Shown here piece by piece: positions 49,523-58,819 of a stretch of 64,000 bases of DNA (the first letter of the stretch is position 1; each line of letters begins with the position of its first letter). Location of the stretch: the NCBI GenBank assembly GCA_950072105.1, contig CATMOE010000003.1, positions 1 to 64,000 of the forward strand, in the 5' to 3' direction. The notes beneath the pieces are model-generated. The model saw only the letters and a program-made list of their open reading frames with translations. It did no database searches and was not told the origin of the DNA. A program made the translations under genes and the position numbers. This stretch comes from an uncultured Dehalococcoidia bacterium (GTDB lineage: Bacteria; Chloroflexota; Dehalococcoidia; Lucifugimonadales; UBA3495).

Positions 49523-49556
49523 ATTCCCTCTGCGCATGTCCATGCGCAGAGGGAAT
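49523..49556. repeat. Perfect 16-bp inverted repeat at the end of the capsid operon
   Basis: ATTCCCTCTGCGCATG-TC-CATGCGCAGAGGGAAT. Confidence 0.85.
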
Positions 49557-49827
49557 GCCGATGCATTCATATTTCCTTTTTATGGGTCCGGCCACGGTAT
49601 CACTTGACTTGCCAGGGTGAGTAAGCTAAGATTCGGCCGCTCTCACATATTAAGTATTACATTCTATTATTTGGATATGCCTGGGATAGCTGCTGCTTTC
49701 CCGTTGAGGCTGGGAATGTAAAGCTTCGGTTCGCCAGATTGAATTTAGATTCATCTGGTGGATTTGAACGTAACACCCGCCTGAACGTGGTAGGGGCACT
49801 TAGTACCAAGAAGACGGAGGATTAGTT

Positions 49828-51753
49828 ATGCGGACACACCCTTGGGTTAACACTCGGACGTTGCTGCCAATCTTGGCAGCTTCTTTATTGTTGCTGGCCG
49901 TTGCCTGCGGCGGAACCGCGGCCACGCCAACTGTGATAGAGAAAGAGGTTATTGTCGAGAGGGAAGTCATCAAGGAAGTACCCGTTGAAAAGCAAGTAAT
50001 CGTCGAGAGAGAAGTCATTAAAGAGGTCATCAAAGAAGTCCCGGTTGATCGAGAAGTCATCAAAGAGGTAGAGGTCATAAAAGAGGTGGAGAAGCAGGTG
50101 ATCAAAGAGGTCATCATCCGGGCCACTAACACTCCTATACCGACCGCTACCCCAGGCGCCCGGCAGACCCCGGTGCCCAGCCAGGCGCCCGTGTACGGAC
50201 AGCACGTTAACATGCGGGCTTACGCCGACACCAAGGACTGGGACCCGCTGGGTTCCTCATCTCTTTCCAGCGTGATCTCCTACTCCCAGCTCTACAACCA
50301 GGTGGTGCAGTACGACACGATCGACACCAGTAGAATCGTCTGCGACCTGTGTACGAGTTGGGAGATCTCCAACGCCGGCAAGACATTCACGTTCCATCTC
50401 AATAGGAATGCCAAATGGTTCGACGGTACGGACCTAACCTCCGCCGATGTGGTTTACGCTCTTAAGCGCTATTACGATCCCGATGTCTCTATCGGCAGGT
50501 CAGGACTTACCCGCAACTATGTCGATGAGAATCTTGACAACGGTTTGAAGGCCATCGACGGCGACACCGTGGAGTTCAACCTCCAGTTCGCTTCGGGGGC
50601 GTTCATCAAGTTCTTGGCAGTCGACTACGCTAAGATTCTCCCCAAGCACATAATGGAACAAGGGGTAGACCTGAACCAGGCTGAAAACGTCCTCAAATAC
50701 AATGCTGGCTCCGGTCCCTTCATCTTGCAGGAGTATAAACGAGGCAACTTCTACAAGGTGGAGAAGAACCCCAATTACTTCAAAGTGGGACGTCCCTTCT
50801 TCGACTCCATAGATCACTACATCATCACTGACGCCTCCCGCTACATCTCGGCCCTCAAAGTGGGCCAGATCGACATGTCCAACGCTGGCGGGGCGTCTCT
50901 GACCCCCAAACAAAACATCCAACTGGTGGAGGACACCGACAGCGAGGTCGTGGCCCACTTCTTGTCACCGTCCTTCAACGTGGGTCTGATGATAAACCGC
51001 AAGAAAGCGCCGTTCACTGACCCCCGTGTGCGAAAGGCGATCTACCTGGCCTTGGACCGGCAGGCGATCGACCGTATCGTATTGGATGACACCGCTGGAG
51101 AGCCCATGGTATTCATGCCTGGGATGGCCCATTCCGAAGACGAAGCCTCGAAATGGCCGGGCTTGCGTCCAAAGGATACTCCCGGCGGTAAAGAGGACTT
51201 GGCAGAAGCCAAGCGGCTGATGGCTGAGGCTGGCTTCCCCGACGGGTTCAAGACTGACTTCCACTCCCGGAAGGTCTCTTTCTACGTACCGATCTGTCAG
51301 GTGGTCAAAGAGCAACTCAAGGAGACCCTTGGTATCACCGGCGACCTCATGACTCACGAGAGCGCCGCTGGCTACAAGATGTACGGCACCGCCCGGGCCG
51401 CGGACGCCGAAGGTGACTGGGGCTTGGGCTGTCAGGGTGAGGGAATGGTCGTTCTGGACGCTGATGCCGTCTTGGGTGGCGTATACCGGCCGGGCGGAAC
51501 CAGGAACTATACCGATTGGTCCCACCCGAAGGTCGAGGAGCTGTTCCAAAAACAAAAGGTCGAGCAGGACCTGGACAAGCGCCGGGAATATCTGCGGGAA
51601 ATCGCCGACATCATCCGGGTGGGTGACAACCACTGGGTAACTCTGGTGTGGGGCCGGTTCTTCTGGCAGATGCACCGGGACGTTAAGGGCTTCCATCCGC
51701 CCCAAACCGTCCAGTATGGCTTCAAGCACGAACATCTCTGGCTAGATCGGTAA
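49828..51753 (+). CDS. ABC transporter substrate-binding lipoprotein, family 5 (peptide/nickel type)
   Basis: Lipobox AVAC, V(E/I)KE repeats, DL..SW, GSGPF, PFTDPRVRKA...ALDR. Confidence 0.92.
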   Translation: MRTHPWVNTRTLLPILAASLLLLAVACGGTAATPTVIEKEVIVEREVIKEVPVEKQVIVEREVIKEVIKEVPVDREVIKEVEVIKEVEKQVIKEVIIRATNTPIPTATPGARQTPVPSQAPVYGQHVNMRAYADTKDWDPLGSSSLSSVISYSQLYNQVVQYDTIDTSRIVCDLCTSWEISNAGKTFTFHLNRNAKWFDGTDLTSADVVYALKRYYDPDVSIGRSGLTRNYVDENLDNGLKAIDGDTVEFNLQFASGAFIKFLAVDYAKILPKHIMEQGVDLNQAENVLKYNAGSGPFILQEYKRGNFYKVEKNPNYFKVGRPFFDSIDHYIITDASRYISALKVGQIDMSNAGGASLTPKQNIQLVEDTDSEVVAHFLSPSFNVGLMINRKKAPFTDPRVRKAIYLALDRQAIDRIVLDDTAGEPMVFMPGMAHSEDEASKWPGLRPKDTPGGKEDLAEAKRLMAEAGFPDGFKTDFHSRKVSFYVPICQVVKEQLKETLGITGDLMTHESAAGYKMYGTARAADAEGDWGLGCQGEGMVVLDADAVLGGVYRPGGTRNYTDWSHPKVEELFQKQKVEQDLDKRREYLREIADIIRVGDNHWVTLVWGRFFWQMHRDVKGFHPPQTVQYGFKHEHLWLDR

Positions 51754-51944
51754 CCAACCGATTAGGCAAGTCAGTTTTACGGCACCCTGGCCTGTATCTT
51801 GGGTCAGGGTGCTAGGTATTCTCGGGAGACCCTCTTAATTTAGGTCGCCGTTCAAATGAAACTGACCGGGCTAGTCCAACTCATATGGCGGATGTACGGA
51901 TAGAAGCTCCGTGCTTAAAACCCCTGAACACCGGAAGAGCGTAG

Positions 51945-52901
51945 ATGAGACAGTACACGATAAAGAGAATAGGCCTGTTCATACCCACTGTTATATTAGT
52001 AACTGTCTTGGTCTTCGTGCTGATGCGGATAATCCCCGGGGACCCCGCATTGGCCATTCTGGAAGATGAAGGAGGTGGCTCCTATACTCAGGAAGACCTG
52101 GCTAGACTGCGCCACGAAATAGGTACAGACCGGCCTATCGTGGTCCAATATGCCACCTGGGTTAGCGGGGTGGTCCGGGGAGACTTTGGAGATTCTCTCT
52201 GGTTTAAGGCCCCGGTCATGGGTGAATTGAAAGACCGGATACCGACAACGGTGGAGTTGGCAGTGTTCGCTATGGTCCTGGCCATGGTCGTAGCTATCCC
52301 TCTGGGGGTGGTTTCGGCCATCAACCCCGACAGTAAATTGGATTACGCCGCCCGGGTGTTCACCCTGACCGGTATCGCTCTGCCCACATTCTTCACCGGG
52401 ATTCTGATAATACTGTTCCTGGCGATGCTGTTCAATTGGCTACCGCCACTGGGATACGAGACGCTCTGGGATGACCCGAAGTCTAACCTGCAGCAAATGT
52501 TCTTCCCGGCCTTGGCATTGGCAGGTTATGACTTGGCTTTCATCGCTCGGGTTACCCGCTCCTCCATGATGGAGATTCTGCGGGAGGACTACATGCGGAC
52601 CGCCCGCTCTAAGGGTCTGTCCGAGCGGGTCGTGTTGACCCGTCACGGCTTGAAAAATGCTTTCCTGCCCATTCTCACCATTTCAGGCTGGCAGTTCGGT
52701 CGCCTCTTTGGCGGCACAATCATCATCGAGAGCATTTTCCTGGTTCCTGGCATGGGACGGATCCTCATCGAGTCCATAGGTCACCGGGATTACGTCATGA
52801 TACAGGCGGTCGTTGTGATAATAGGGCTGTCCATCGTAACCATAAATCTGTTGATAGACCTGCTTTACGGCTGGTTGGACCCACGCATCCGTTTCGCGTA
52901 G
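51945..52901 (+). CDS. ABC transporter permease (DppB/OppB-like)
   Basis: PGDP, GDFG.S, EDY.RTARSKGL, DLLY..LDPRI. Confidence 0.93.
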   Translation: MRQYTIKRIGLFIPTVILVTVLVFVLMRIIPGDPALAILEDEGGGSYTQEDLARLRHEIGTDRPIVVQYATWVSGVVRGDFGDSLWFKAPVMGELKDRIPTTVELAVFAMVLAMVVAIPLGVVSAINPDSKLDYAARVFTLTGIALPTFFTGILIILFLAMLFNWLPPLGYETLWDDPKSNLQQMFFPALALAGYDLAFIARVTRSSMMEILREDYMRTARSKGLSERVVLTRHGLKNAFLPILTISGWQFGRLFGGTIIIESIFLVPGMGRILIESIGHRDYVMIQAVVVIIGLSIVTINLLIDLLYGWLDPRIRFA

Positions 52902-52946
52902 CGTGTCCGCGCAGTGGTCCGTCATAGCCACAGGAGGTAGCAAGGG

Positions 52947-53855
52947 ATGCTTGTAGACCGAACCCGGGAAACTGCCGCAGCGGAGACTTTGGCCATACTT
53001 CGGCCGAAGTCTACACTTCCCGTTGCGCTGCTCCGGTTCTGCGCCCAACAACCCCTGGGTGCCTTTGGCGCTGCAGTGCTTATATTCGCTGTCGTGGTCG
53101 CCGTGTTGGCCCCGATGCTTGCGCCCTACAGTCCCACAGCGATAGAGGTAGCGGAGAAATTCACACCGCCCTTTGGTAAGCAGATCCTGGGCACCGACGA
53201 ACTGGGCCGAGACGTGCTGAGCCGGTTGATCTTTGGAGCGCGCATATCCATGTCGGTGAGTTTGTTAAGCGTGGGCATAGCAATCTCCGCGGGTACGTTG
53301 ATCGGCATCTTCAGCGCCTACTCCGGCGGTAAGACTGACCTGGCTATCCAAAGGCTGGTGGACACAATGATGGCATTTCCGGCCATCATCATGGCATTGG
53401 CACTGATGGCCGCTCTGGGGGCTTCTCAGACCAACGTGATTGTGGCCCTGGTGGTGATACTTCTGCCGGGCGCAGTCAGGGTCGTGCGGTCACAAGTCCT
53501 TAGCATAAAAGAGCAGGACTATACCCTGGCTGCACGAGCTATTGGTGCCGGTTCCACCCGGATCATGCTCCGTCATATCCTCCCCAACGTCATGGCCACT
53601 TACATAGTGTTGAGCACCATTACTCTCGGTTATGCCATCGTCGTCGAGGCGTCTTTGAGCTTCTTGGGCGTGGGGATCCCACCGGATATCGCCTCATGGG
53701 GCGGTATGCTGAACCTGGGTGCCACCACATACATCGATGTGTCGCCGTGGCTATCGGTCTTCCCAGGTATTACCATTGCGGTGATAGTGTTTTCGGTCAA
53801 CCTCCTTGGCGACTCTCTTCGGGATGTCTTGGATCCCAGGCTACGGGGCAGGTAA
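52947..53855 (+). CDS. ABC transporter permease (DppC/OppC-like)
   Basis: LGTDELGRD, AARAIGA, RHILPN, LSFLG.G, GD.LRD.LDPR. Confidence 0.93.
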   Translation: MLVDRTRETAAAETLAILRPKSTLPVALLRFCAQQPLGAFGAAVLIFAVVVAVLAPMLAPYSPTAIEVAEKFTPPFGKQILGTDELGRDVLSRLIFGARISMSVSLLSVGIAISAGTLIGIFSAYSGGKTDLAIQRLVDTMMAFPAIIMALALMAALGASQTNVIVALVVILLPGAVRVVRSQVLSIKEQDYTLAARAIGAGSTRIMLRHILPNVMATYIVLSTITLGYAIVVEASLSFLGVGIPPDIASWGGMLNLGATTYIDVSPWLSVFPGITIAVIVFSVNLLGDSLRDVLDPRLRGR

Positions 53856-53901
53856 CCCTCTATCACTGAACTGCGACCTAGTTAACAGCCCAACCGTCAT
53901 A

Positions 53902-53954
53902 GTTTGACACAATTAGGGGATAGGACTCGGTCCTATCCCCTAATTGTGTCAAAC
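53902..53954. repeat. Perfect 25-bp inverted repeat with 3-nt loop
   Basis: GTTTGACACAATTAGGGGATAGGAC-TCG-GTCCTATCCCCTAATTGTGTCAAAC. Confidence 0.9.
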
Positions 53955-54032
53955 AGCCCGGGTGGTGACATACCATTCGCCCCCGGATATACTGGCGGCA
54001 TCCCCCGTGAAATTTACTGAGAGGCCAACCCT

Positions 54033-54923
54033 ATGAGTTGGAACTTCGAACTGGTGGCGGGTCCCTACGGCGGTACTACCGAAGGACCGGTTTGGGATGG
54101 AGAGGCGTTGCTCTTCACCCACATCCCGGCCAACCGTATACTGAGGTATGATTCAAAAACGGGGGAGACCACCGAGTATTTCACCGATACACGGCGCACC
54201 AACGGTCTCTGTTTCGACGCCCAAGGAAATCTCTACGGTTGCCAAAGCGGCGAGCGGCGCATCGTGCGCTTTGAGAAAGACCGTTCGACCACCACTTCGC
54301 TGCCACACCAACTGGAAGGAGAGCAACACAACAACCCCAACGACTTGGCCGTGGATAAGCAGGGCCGCGTTTGGTTCACCGATCCCTTCAACGCCTCGGC
54401 AGGCGATCAGGATCTAGACCACATGTCTGTGCTGCGCCTGGACCCAAAGGGCAACGATCAATGGGAGTTGACCAGGGCTACATTCGATGTCAGCCGCCCC
54501 AATGGTGTATTGATTTCCCGGGACCAGAAGACTCTCTACGTAGCCCAAAGCGACTATTCCCCCGGTCAGCCCCGCCAATTGAGAGCTTACCCGATCAACG
54601 ATGACGGTTCCTTGGGCGACTTCGTCACCTTGCATACTTTCGGCATCGACCATCTGGGCGTACAAAGAGGCGTCGACGGCATGACACTGGACGCAGAAGG
54701 CAACATTGTGGTCTGCGCCGGCTGGGAGCAGAGCGGACCCGGCCCGATGATTTACGTCTTCGCACCCACGGGAAGGATCTTGGAAACCCACGCCTTGCGA
54801 GTGGACCGCCCGACCAACTGTTGCTTCGGCGATCCTGATATGAAAACCCTCTACGTGACCACCGGGGGCGGACACCTCTTCCGGGCCCGGACCGATCGCA
54901 CCGGTTGGATAATGTGGCCTTGA
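54033..54923 (+). CDS. SMP-30/gluconolactonase family protein
   Basis: EGPVW, PND, FTDP, PNG, DGM.LD, PTNC.FG. Confidence 0.92.
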   Translation: MSWNFELVAGPYGGTTEGPVWDGEALLFTHIPANRILRYDSKTGETTEYFTDTRRTNGLCFDAQGNLYGCQSGERRIVRFEKDRSTTTSLPHQLEGEQHNNPNDLAVDKQGRVWFTDPFNASAGDQDLDHMSVLRLDPKGNDQWELTRATFDVSRPNGVLISRDQKTLYVAQSDYSPGQPRQLRAYPINDDGSLGDFVTLHTFGIDHLGVQRGVDGMTLDAEGNIVVCAGWEQSGPGPMIYVFAPTGRILETHALRVDRPTNCCFGDPDMKTLYVTTGGGHLFRARTDRTGWIMWP

Positions 54924-54954
54924 CCATCCCAATCTTTGGACGAGTCCAAATCCA

Positions 54955-55722
54955 ATGGCCAAGTTGACTGACAAGCCGAGTAAAAGAAAGCGGGCCGATC
55001 TGCTTTTGGTCGACCGCGGGTTGGCAGAAAGCCGGGGGCAGGCTCAAACCCTCATCGCCGAAGGACTGGTTTTCAGCCGCGCGGGGCGGGTCCTAAAAGC
55101 CAGTTCAATCTTGCCAGGGACAGATTCCCTGGAGGTTCGCGGCAACCTTCCCTACGTTAGCCGTGGCGGCTTGAAACTGGCTCACGCTCTGGACAATTTC
55201 AAACTTGCGGTGGAAGGATTTACCGTGTTGGACGTGGGCGCGTCCACCGGCGGATTTACCGACTGCGTCCTGCAACGGGGCGCCGAGCGCGTCTATGCCC
55301 TGGACGTGGGCCACGGTCAGATGGCCTACAAGCTACGGCAGGATTCAAGAGTGACGGTCATCGAAAAATGCAACGCCCGCAATCCATTCGAATTGCCCGA
55401 ACCGGTGGACCTGATCACCATCGACGTGTCCTTCATCTCCCTGGCCCTGGTGATACCTTCAGCGATTCAGCACTTGAGGCACGGCTCGTACGTCGCTGCA
55501 CTGGTCAAACCCCAGTTCGAGGCACGCCGGGAAGACGTCGGACGGGGCGGCGTGATCAAGGACCCCAAGATCCACGCGGCCGTGCTCAGCCGGATGATCA
55601 ACTGGGCGATCAACGCCGGGCTGCGCGTCCGCAACCTCTGCCCGTCGCCGATCCTAGGTAACGCCGGCAATCGGGAGTTCTTCCTGCTGCTCCAGAAACC
55701 AGCCATCCGATCCACCAAGTGA
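54955..55722 (+). CDS. tlyA: TlyA family rRNA 2'-O-methyltransferase
   Basis: S4 domain, YVSRGGLKL, DVGASTGGFTD, DVSFIS, LVKPQFE, GNREF. Confidence 0.95.
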   Translation: MAKLTDKPSKRKRADLLLVDRGLAESRGQAQTLIAEGLVFSRAGRVLKASSILPGTDSLEVRGNLPYVSRGGLKLAHALDNFKLAVEGFTVLDVGASTGGFTDCVLQRGAERVYALDVGHGQMAYKLRQDSRVTVIEKCNARNPFELPEPVDLITIDVSFISLALVIPSAIQHLRHGSYVAALVKPQFEARREDVGRGGVIKDPKIHAAVLSRMINWAINAGLRVRNLCPSPILGNAGNREFFLLLQKPAIRSTK

Positions 55723-55730
55723 GCCCAACC

Positions 55731-55761
55731 TCCCCCCTTACAAAGGGGGGAATGAGGGGGG
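55731..55761 (-). repeat. REP-like palindromic repeat, family A (degenerate copy)
   Basis: TCCCCCCTTACAAAGGGGGGAATGAGGGGGG. Confidence 0.55.
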
Positions 55762-55798
55762 CGACCCCCAACCAACCCAAAATTCAGGAGAAGAGTCA

Positions 55799-56272
55799 AT
55801 GGATGTTACCGAGATAGCAGAGTTACTGGTCGCCCAAGGCAAAACCGTTTCCGTGGCCGAAGCCGATACCATGGGACTGATCGGCTACATGCTGGGGTCG
55901 GTTCCCGGAAGCTCCCGGTACTGTCCGGGCGGCGTTATCGCCTATACCGGCGGCTTGAAACAGAGCGTGCTGGGGGTAACCGACGAGCAATACAACACCT
56001 ATGGCAGCGTCAGCAGGGAAGTCGCCATCGCCATGGCAAAAGGAGTCAGAGAGCTCTGTGGGACCGATTACGCCGTCTCCACCACCGGAGTCACCGGTCC
56101 GGCCCAGGGACACTCCAGCTTCCCCATAGGGACATTTTGGATCGGATTGGCGGTCAAGGATGGAGAGGACGTGGCGATAGAAGTCCACCTATCCGGAGAC
56201 CGGGACGCCACCAAGCGGGGGGCGGCCCAAGCGGCCCTGGATCTGCTGGGCAACCATCTGAAGGGCGGCTGA
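55799..56272 (+). CDS. CinA C-terminal/PncC-like protein
   Basis: PGSS, Y...K...LGV, G.VS.EVA.AMA.G, TGV.GP, GDR. Confidence 0.85.
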   Translation: MDVTEIAELLVAQGKTVSVAEADTMGLIGYMLGSVPGSSRYCPGGVIAYTGGLKQSVLGVTDEQYNTYGSVSREVAIAMAKGVRELCGTDYAVSTTGVTGPAQGHSSFPIGTFWIGLAVKDGEDVAIEVHLSGDRDATKRGAAQAALDLLGNHLKGG

Positions 56273-56285
56273 TCCTTGCGCTAGC

Positions 56286-58610
56286 CTAAGCCGGGTCCAA
56301 CCGTTGCTGGGTTTCACTGTTAGCAACGATGTGGTCCCAGTCGTACTCCATGGGCGCCATTTCCACCCTGCTCCAAATCTCCGACTGGTCGTGATAATGG
56401 GGGCTGCCCGGATGCCCCGAGCTTCCGAGGGGAACCGCCCACATGGAGTTGCTCCAGTCGGAAGGGTCGTAAACGTAACGGGCCACCGAAAGACTGGTGA
56501 CCGCGGCAAAGTCGGCCGTGGAGTAGCTCCCAGCCAGGGGCGTATCGCCGTCTCCGTTCATGGGAATGGGCGGCGGGTCCAATAGGTGCGCCAGCTCCGG
56601 GAAAGCATCCGACAGCGTGTGTTTAGGGCGGGCCTGGTGCAGCTTGTTCCAACGCCATTCGTCCAGGTTGTCGCCCAGGAGTTGTTTCAGAGTGTCCACT
56701 GCGTCGGCCAGACCGTCGGCCACCATCTCCGGCCAGTCCTTACCCGGCGGCAACATGCTCCGGTCGTCCTCGGCGATCATCGACGCCAACATACCCTTAA
56801 ACCTGGCGAGGAACTGTCCCAAGCCTCGTCCATCGGGGTTTCGCGCCAGTTCGGAGAGTTCGTCTCCCAGGTTGTGCTTTAGAATCTTGTGGAGCAGGCT
56901 ATCCCGTAACGCGCTGTAAATGGTTGGCTCCACCCGGCCGGCATCCATCTGTCCCTGCCATGCGAGCAGCTTGTCCTTGGCCAGGGCCGAGGTTTTGTCC
57001 CGGGGCTCTACCTGGGCCATGATTCCCAGATAAGACTGGGCCGGGATGGATACCCGCTCGCCGTGAACGATGGCCATATCGGCTGTCGAGGGTCGTTCCA
57101 GGGACAGCAACCGCTTGGTCACCCGCTGGGCGCGGAATCCCGGCGTGAAGTCCGTCGAGATGTAGTAAGGATAATCGTTGTCCACCGGCCGGTTGTTGCA
57201 CGTGACGATATAGCCCTCCTCCGGGTTCACGGCCTTAGGCATATCTTCGAAGGGGATGTAGCCCTGCCATTCGTGTTCGCCGGTCCAGCCCGGAACCGGC
57301 AGCCAACCGTTGTCCTGAGAACGTATGGGCACCTTGCCCCGGCACAAGTGACCGAAGTTGCCATCGGTATCGACGAATACCAGGTTGTTGCACGGGTCAA
57401 CCCATTCCCGCATCGATTCGATCAACTCGTCCGAATTTTTTGCCAGCAACATTTGCCACAACCCGTCGGGCCAGGTGGACGGCCCTTCCGTCGCCGTGTA
57501 CTTGAAAGCGATACCGCTGCCCTGCTCCGGGTTTCCCGAGATAACCGGACCGTGTTGGGTGACCCAGACCTTCAAGGGAACGTCGTCGCCGCCCTTAACT
57601 TTTATCGTCTCTTGATACACCTCAGCTCGCCGCCACTGGTCTTTGTACTTGTAGTAACCGGAGTCGTCTTTCTTAAACTGTTCGATATAGAGATCCTGAT
57701 AATCTGCGCCCAAGTGAGTCACGCACCAGGCCACCCAGGGATTGTGGCCGAAGTGGGGGAACGCGGGCATCCCCGGAAACGATAGACCCACCACGTCGAA
57801 TTCGGGACAGGACACATGATTCTGGTAGTAGACGTTGGGTGTGTCCAACGCCCGGTGGGAGTCTCCCGCCAGGAGGGGCATTCCCGTTGCGGTCCGGCTT
57901 CCGGACAGGGCCCAGCTATTGCTGCCTCCGTCGCTGCCGTTCAACACGGCCAAGGCAGCCATTCCCCTGTTCAGCTCTTCAAGTCCGTCCGCCACGGGTC
58001 CTTCGTAGGATGTTCCAGGCGGTAGTATCTGCAGTTGCCCGGCCTGGTATCCGGGGAACAACTCCGCCGTCTTCTCCGGACCAACCTGGTGAAGGACCTT
58101 GGTCCGCCAGATCTTCGACTCGAAAACCCCCATGAAGATGTGCCGTATCTTGTAGACCACCAGGCCGTCCCACGGCTGCCAGGGCTCTGGGGATATTCCC
58201 GCTATCTGATACTCCACCGGCAGGACCGGCGACGTCTCGATGAAAGCGTTGACACCGCGAGCGTAAGAATCCATCATCTGCCTGGTCCGCTCGCTGACGG
58301 CTTGGTAGTCGGACCGGGCGCTGGCCTCCAACCGGAATCTCCGCATCATCTTGTCCTGGTCCACCGCCGACGGCCCCACCACCTCCGCCCAGCGTCCCGC
58401 TCCCCGCAGGCGGTCGTATTCCATGTGCCAGAGTTGGTCTTGGGCAGTAACGAAGCCCTGGGCGAAAAACGCGTCGCCCTCGCTGGCGGCCCGGATGTGA
58501 GGAATGCCGTAGCGGTCCCGGTACACGTCCACGGGGGATTCCAGTCCCGGAAGGGTGATCTCTCCGCTCAGGGGCGGGACCGCTGCTTTCAGCTCATCAA
58601 GACCTATCAT
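56286..58610 (-). CDS. Penicillin acylase family (Ntn hydrolase S45)
   Basis: RD.YGIPHI, GSNSW, FGHN, TQHGP, GHP.SPHY.DQ. Confidence 0.92.
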   Translation of the reverse strand: MIGLDELKAAVPPLSGEITLPGLESPVDVYRDRYGIPHIRAASEGDAFFAQGFVTAQDQLWHMEYDRLRGAGRWAEVVGPSAVDQDKMMRRFRLEASARSDYQAVSERTRQMMDSYARGVNAFIETSPVLPVEYQIAGISPEPWQPWDGLVVYKIRHIFMGVFESKIWRTKVLHQVGPEKTAELFPGYQAGQLQILPPGTSYEGPVADGLEELNRGMAALAVLNGSDGGSNSWALSGSRTATGMPLLAGDSHRALDTPNVYYQNHVSCPEFDVVGLSFPGMPAFPHFGHNPWVAWCVTHLGADYQDLYIEQFKKDDSGYYKYKDQWRRAEVYQETIKVKGGDDVPLKVWVTQHGPVISGNPEQGSGIAFKYTATEGPSTWPDGLWQMLLAKNSDELIESMREWVDPCNNLVFVDTDGNFGHLCRGKVPIRSQDNGWLPVPGWTGEHEWQGYIPFEDMPKAVNPEEGYIVTCNNRPVDNDYPYYISTDFTPGFRAQRVTKRLLSLERPSTADMAIVHGERVSIPAQSYLGIMAQVEPRDKTSALAKDKLLAWQGQMDAGRVEPTIYSALRDSLLHKILKHNLGDELSELARNPDGRGLGQFLARFKGMLASMIAEDDRSMLPPGKDWPEMVADGLADAVDTLKQLLGDNLDEWRWNKLHQARPKHTLSDAFPELAHLLDPPPIPMNGDGDTPLAGSYSTADFAAVTSLSVARYVYDPSDWSNSMWAVPLGSSGHPGSPHYHDQSEIWSRVEMAPMEYDWDHIVANSETQQRLDPA

Positions 58611-58819
58611 GCTGCTCTCCGGTGAGTCTCGCCGCTTTGGATTATTGGGGGTCCAGGCCAAAGGGCGACGATTTCGCACATCATACCATCGTCACACCAC
58701 GTGCGGCTCTCGATAGGGTGATTCGCCCACGCCGATAACGTTGACGCGGACCAGCCTCCCGGATAATATCCGGTCAGATATCAAAAGTTCGATACACCTC
58801 CATCGCACAGAGGAAAGAC

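Noticed and set aside
49933..50117. CRISPR-like or non-coding tandem DNA repeat
   Set aside because: The repeats are degenerate at synonymous positions and in frame, so this is a protein-level repeat.
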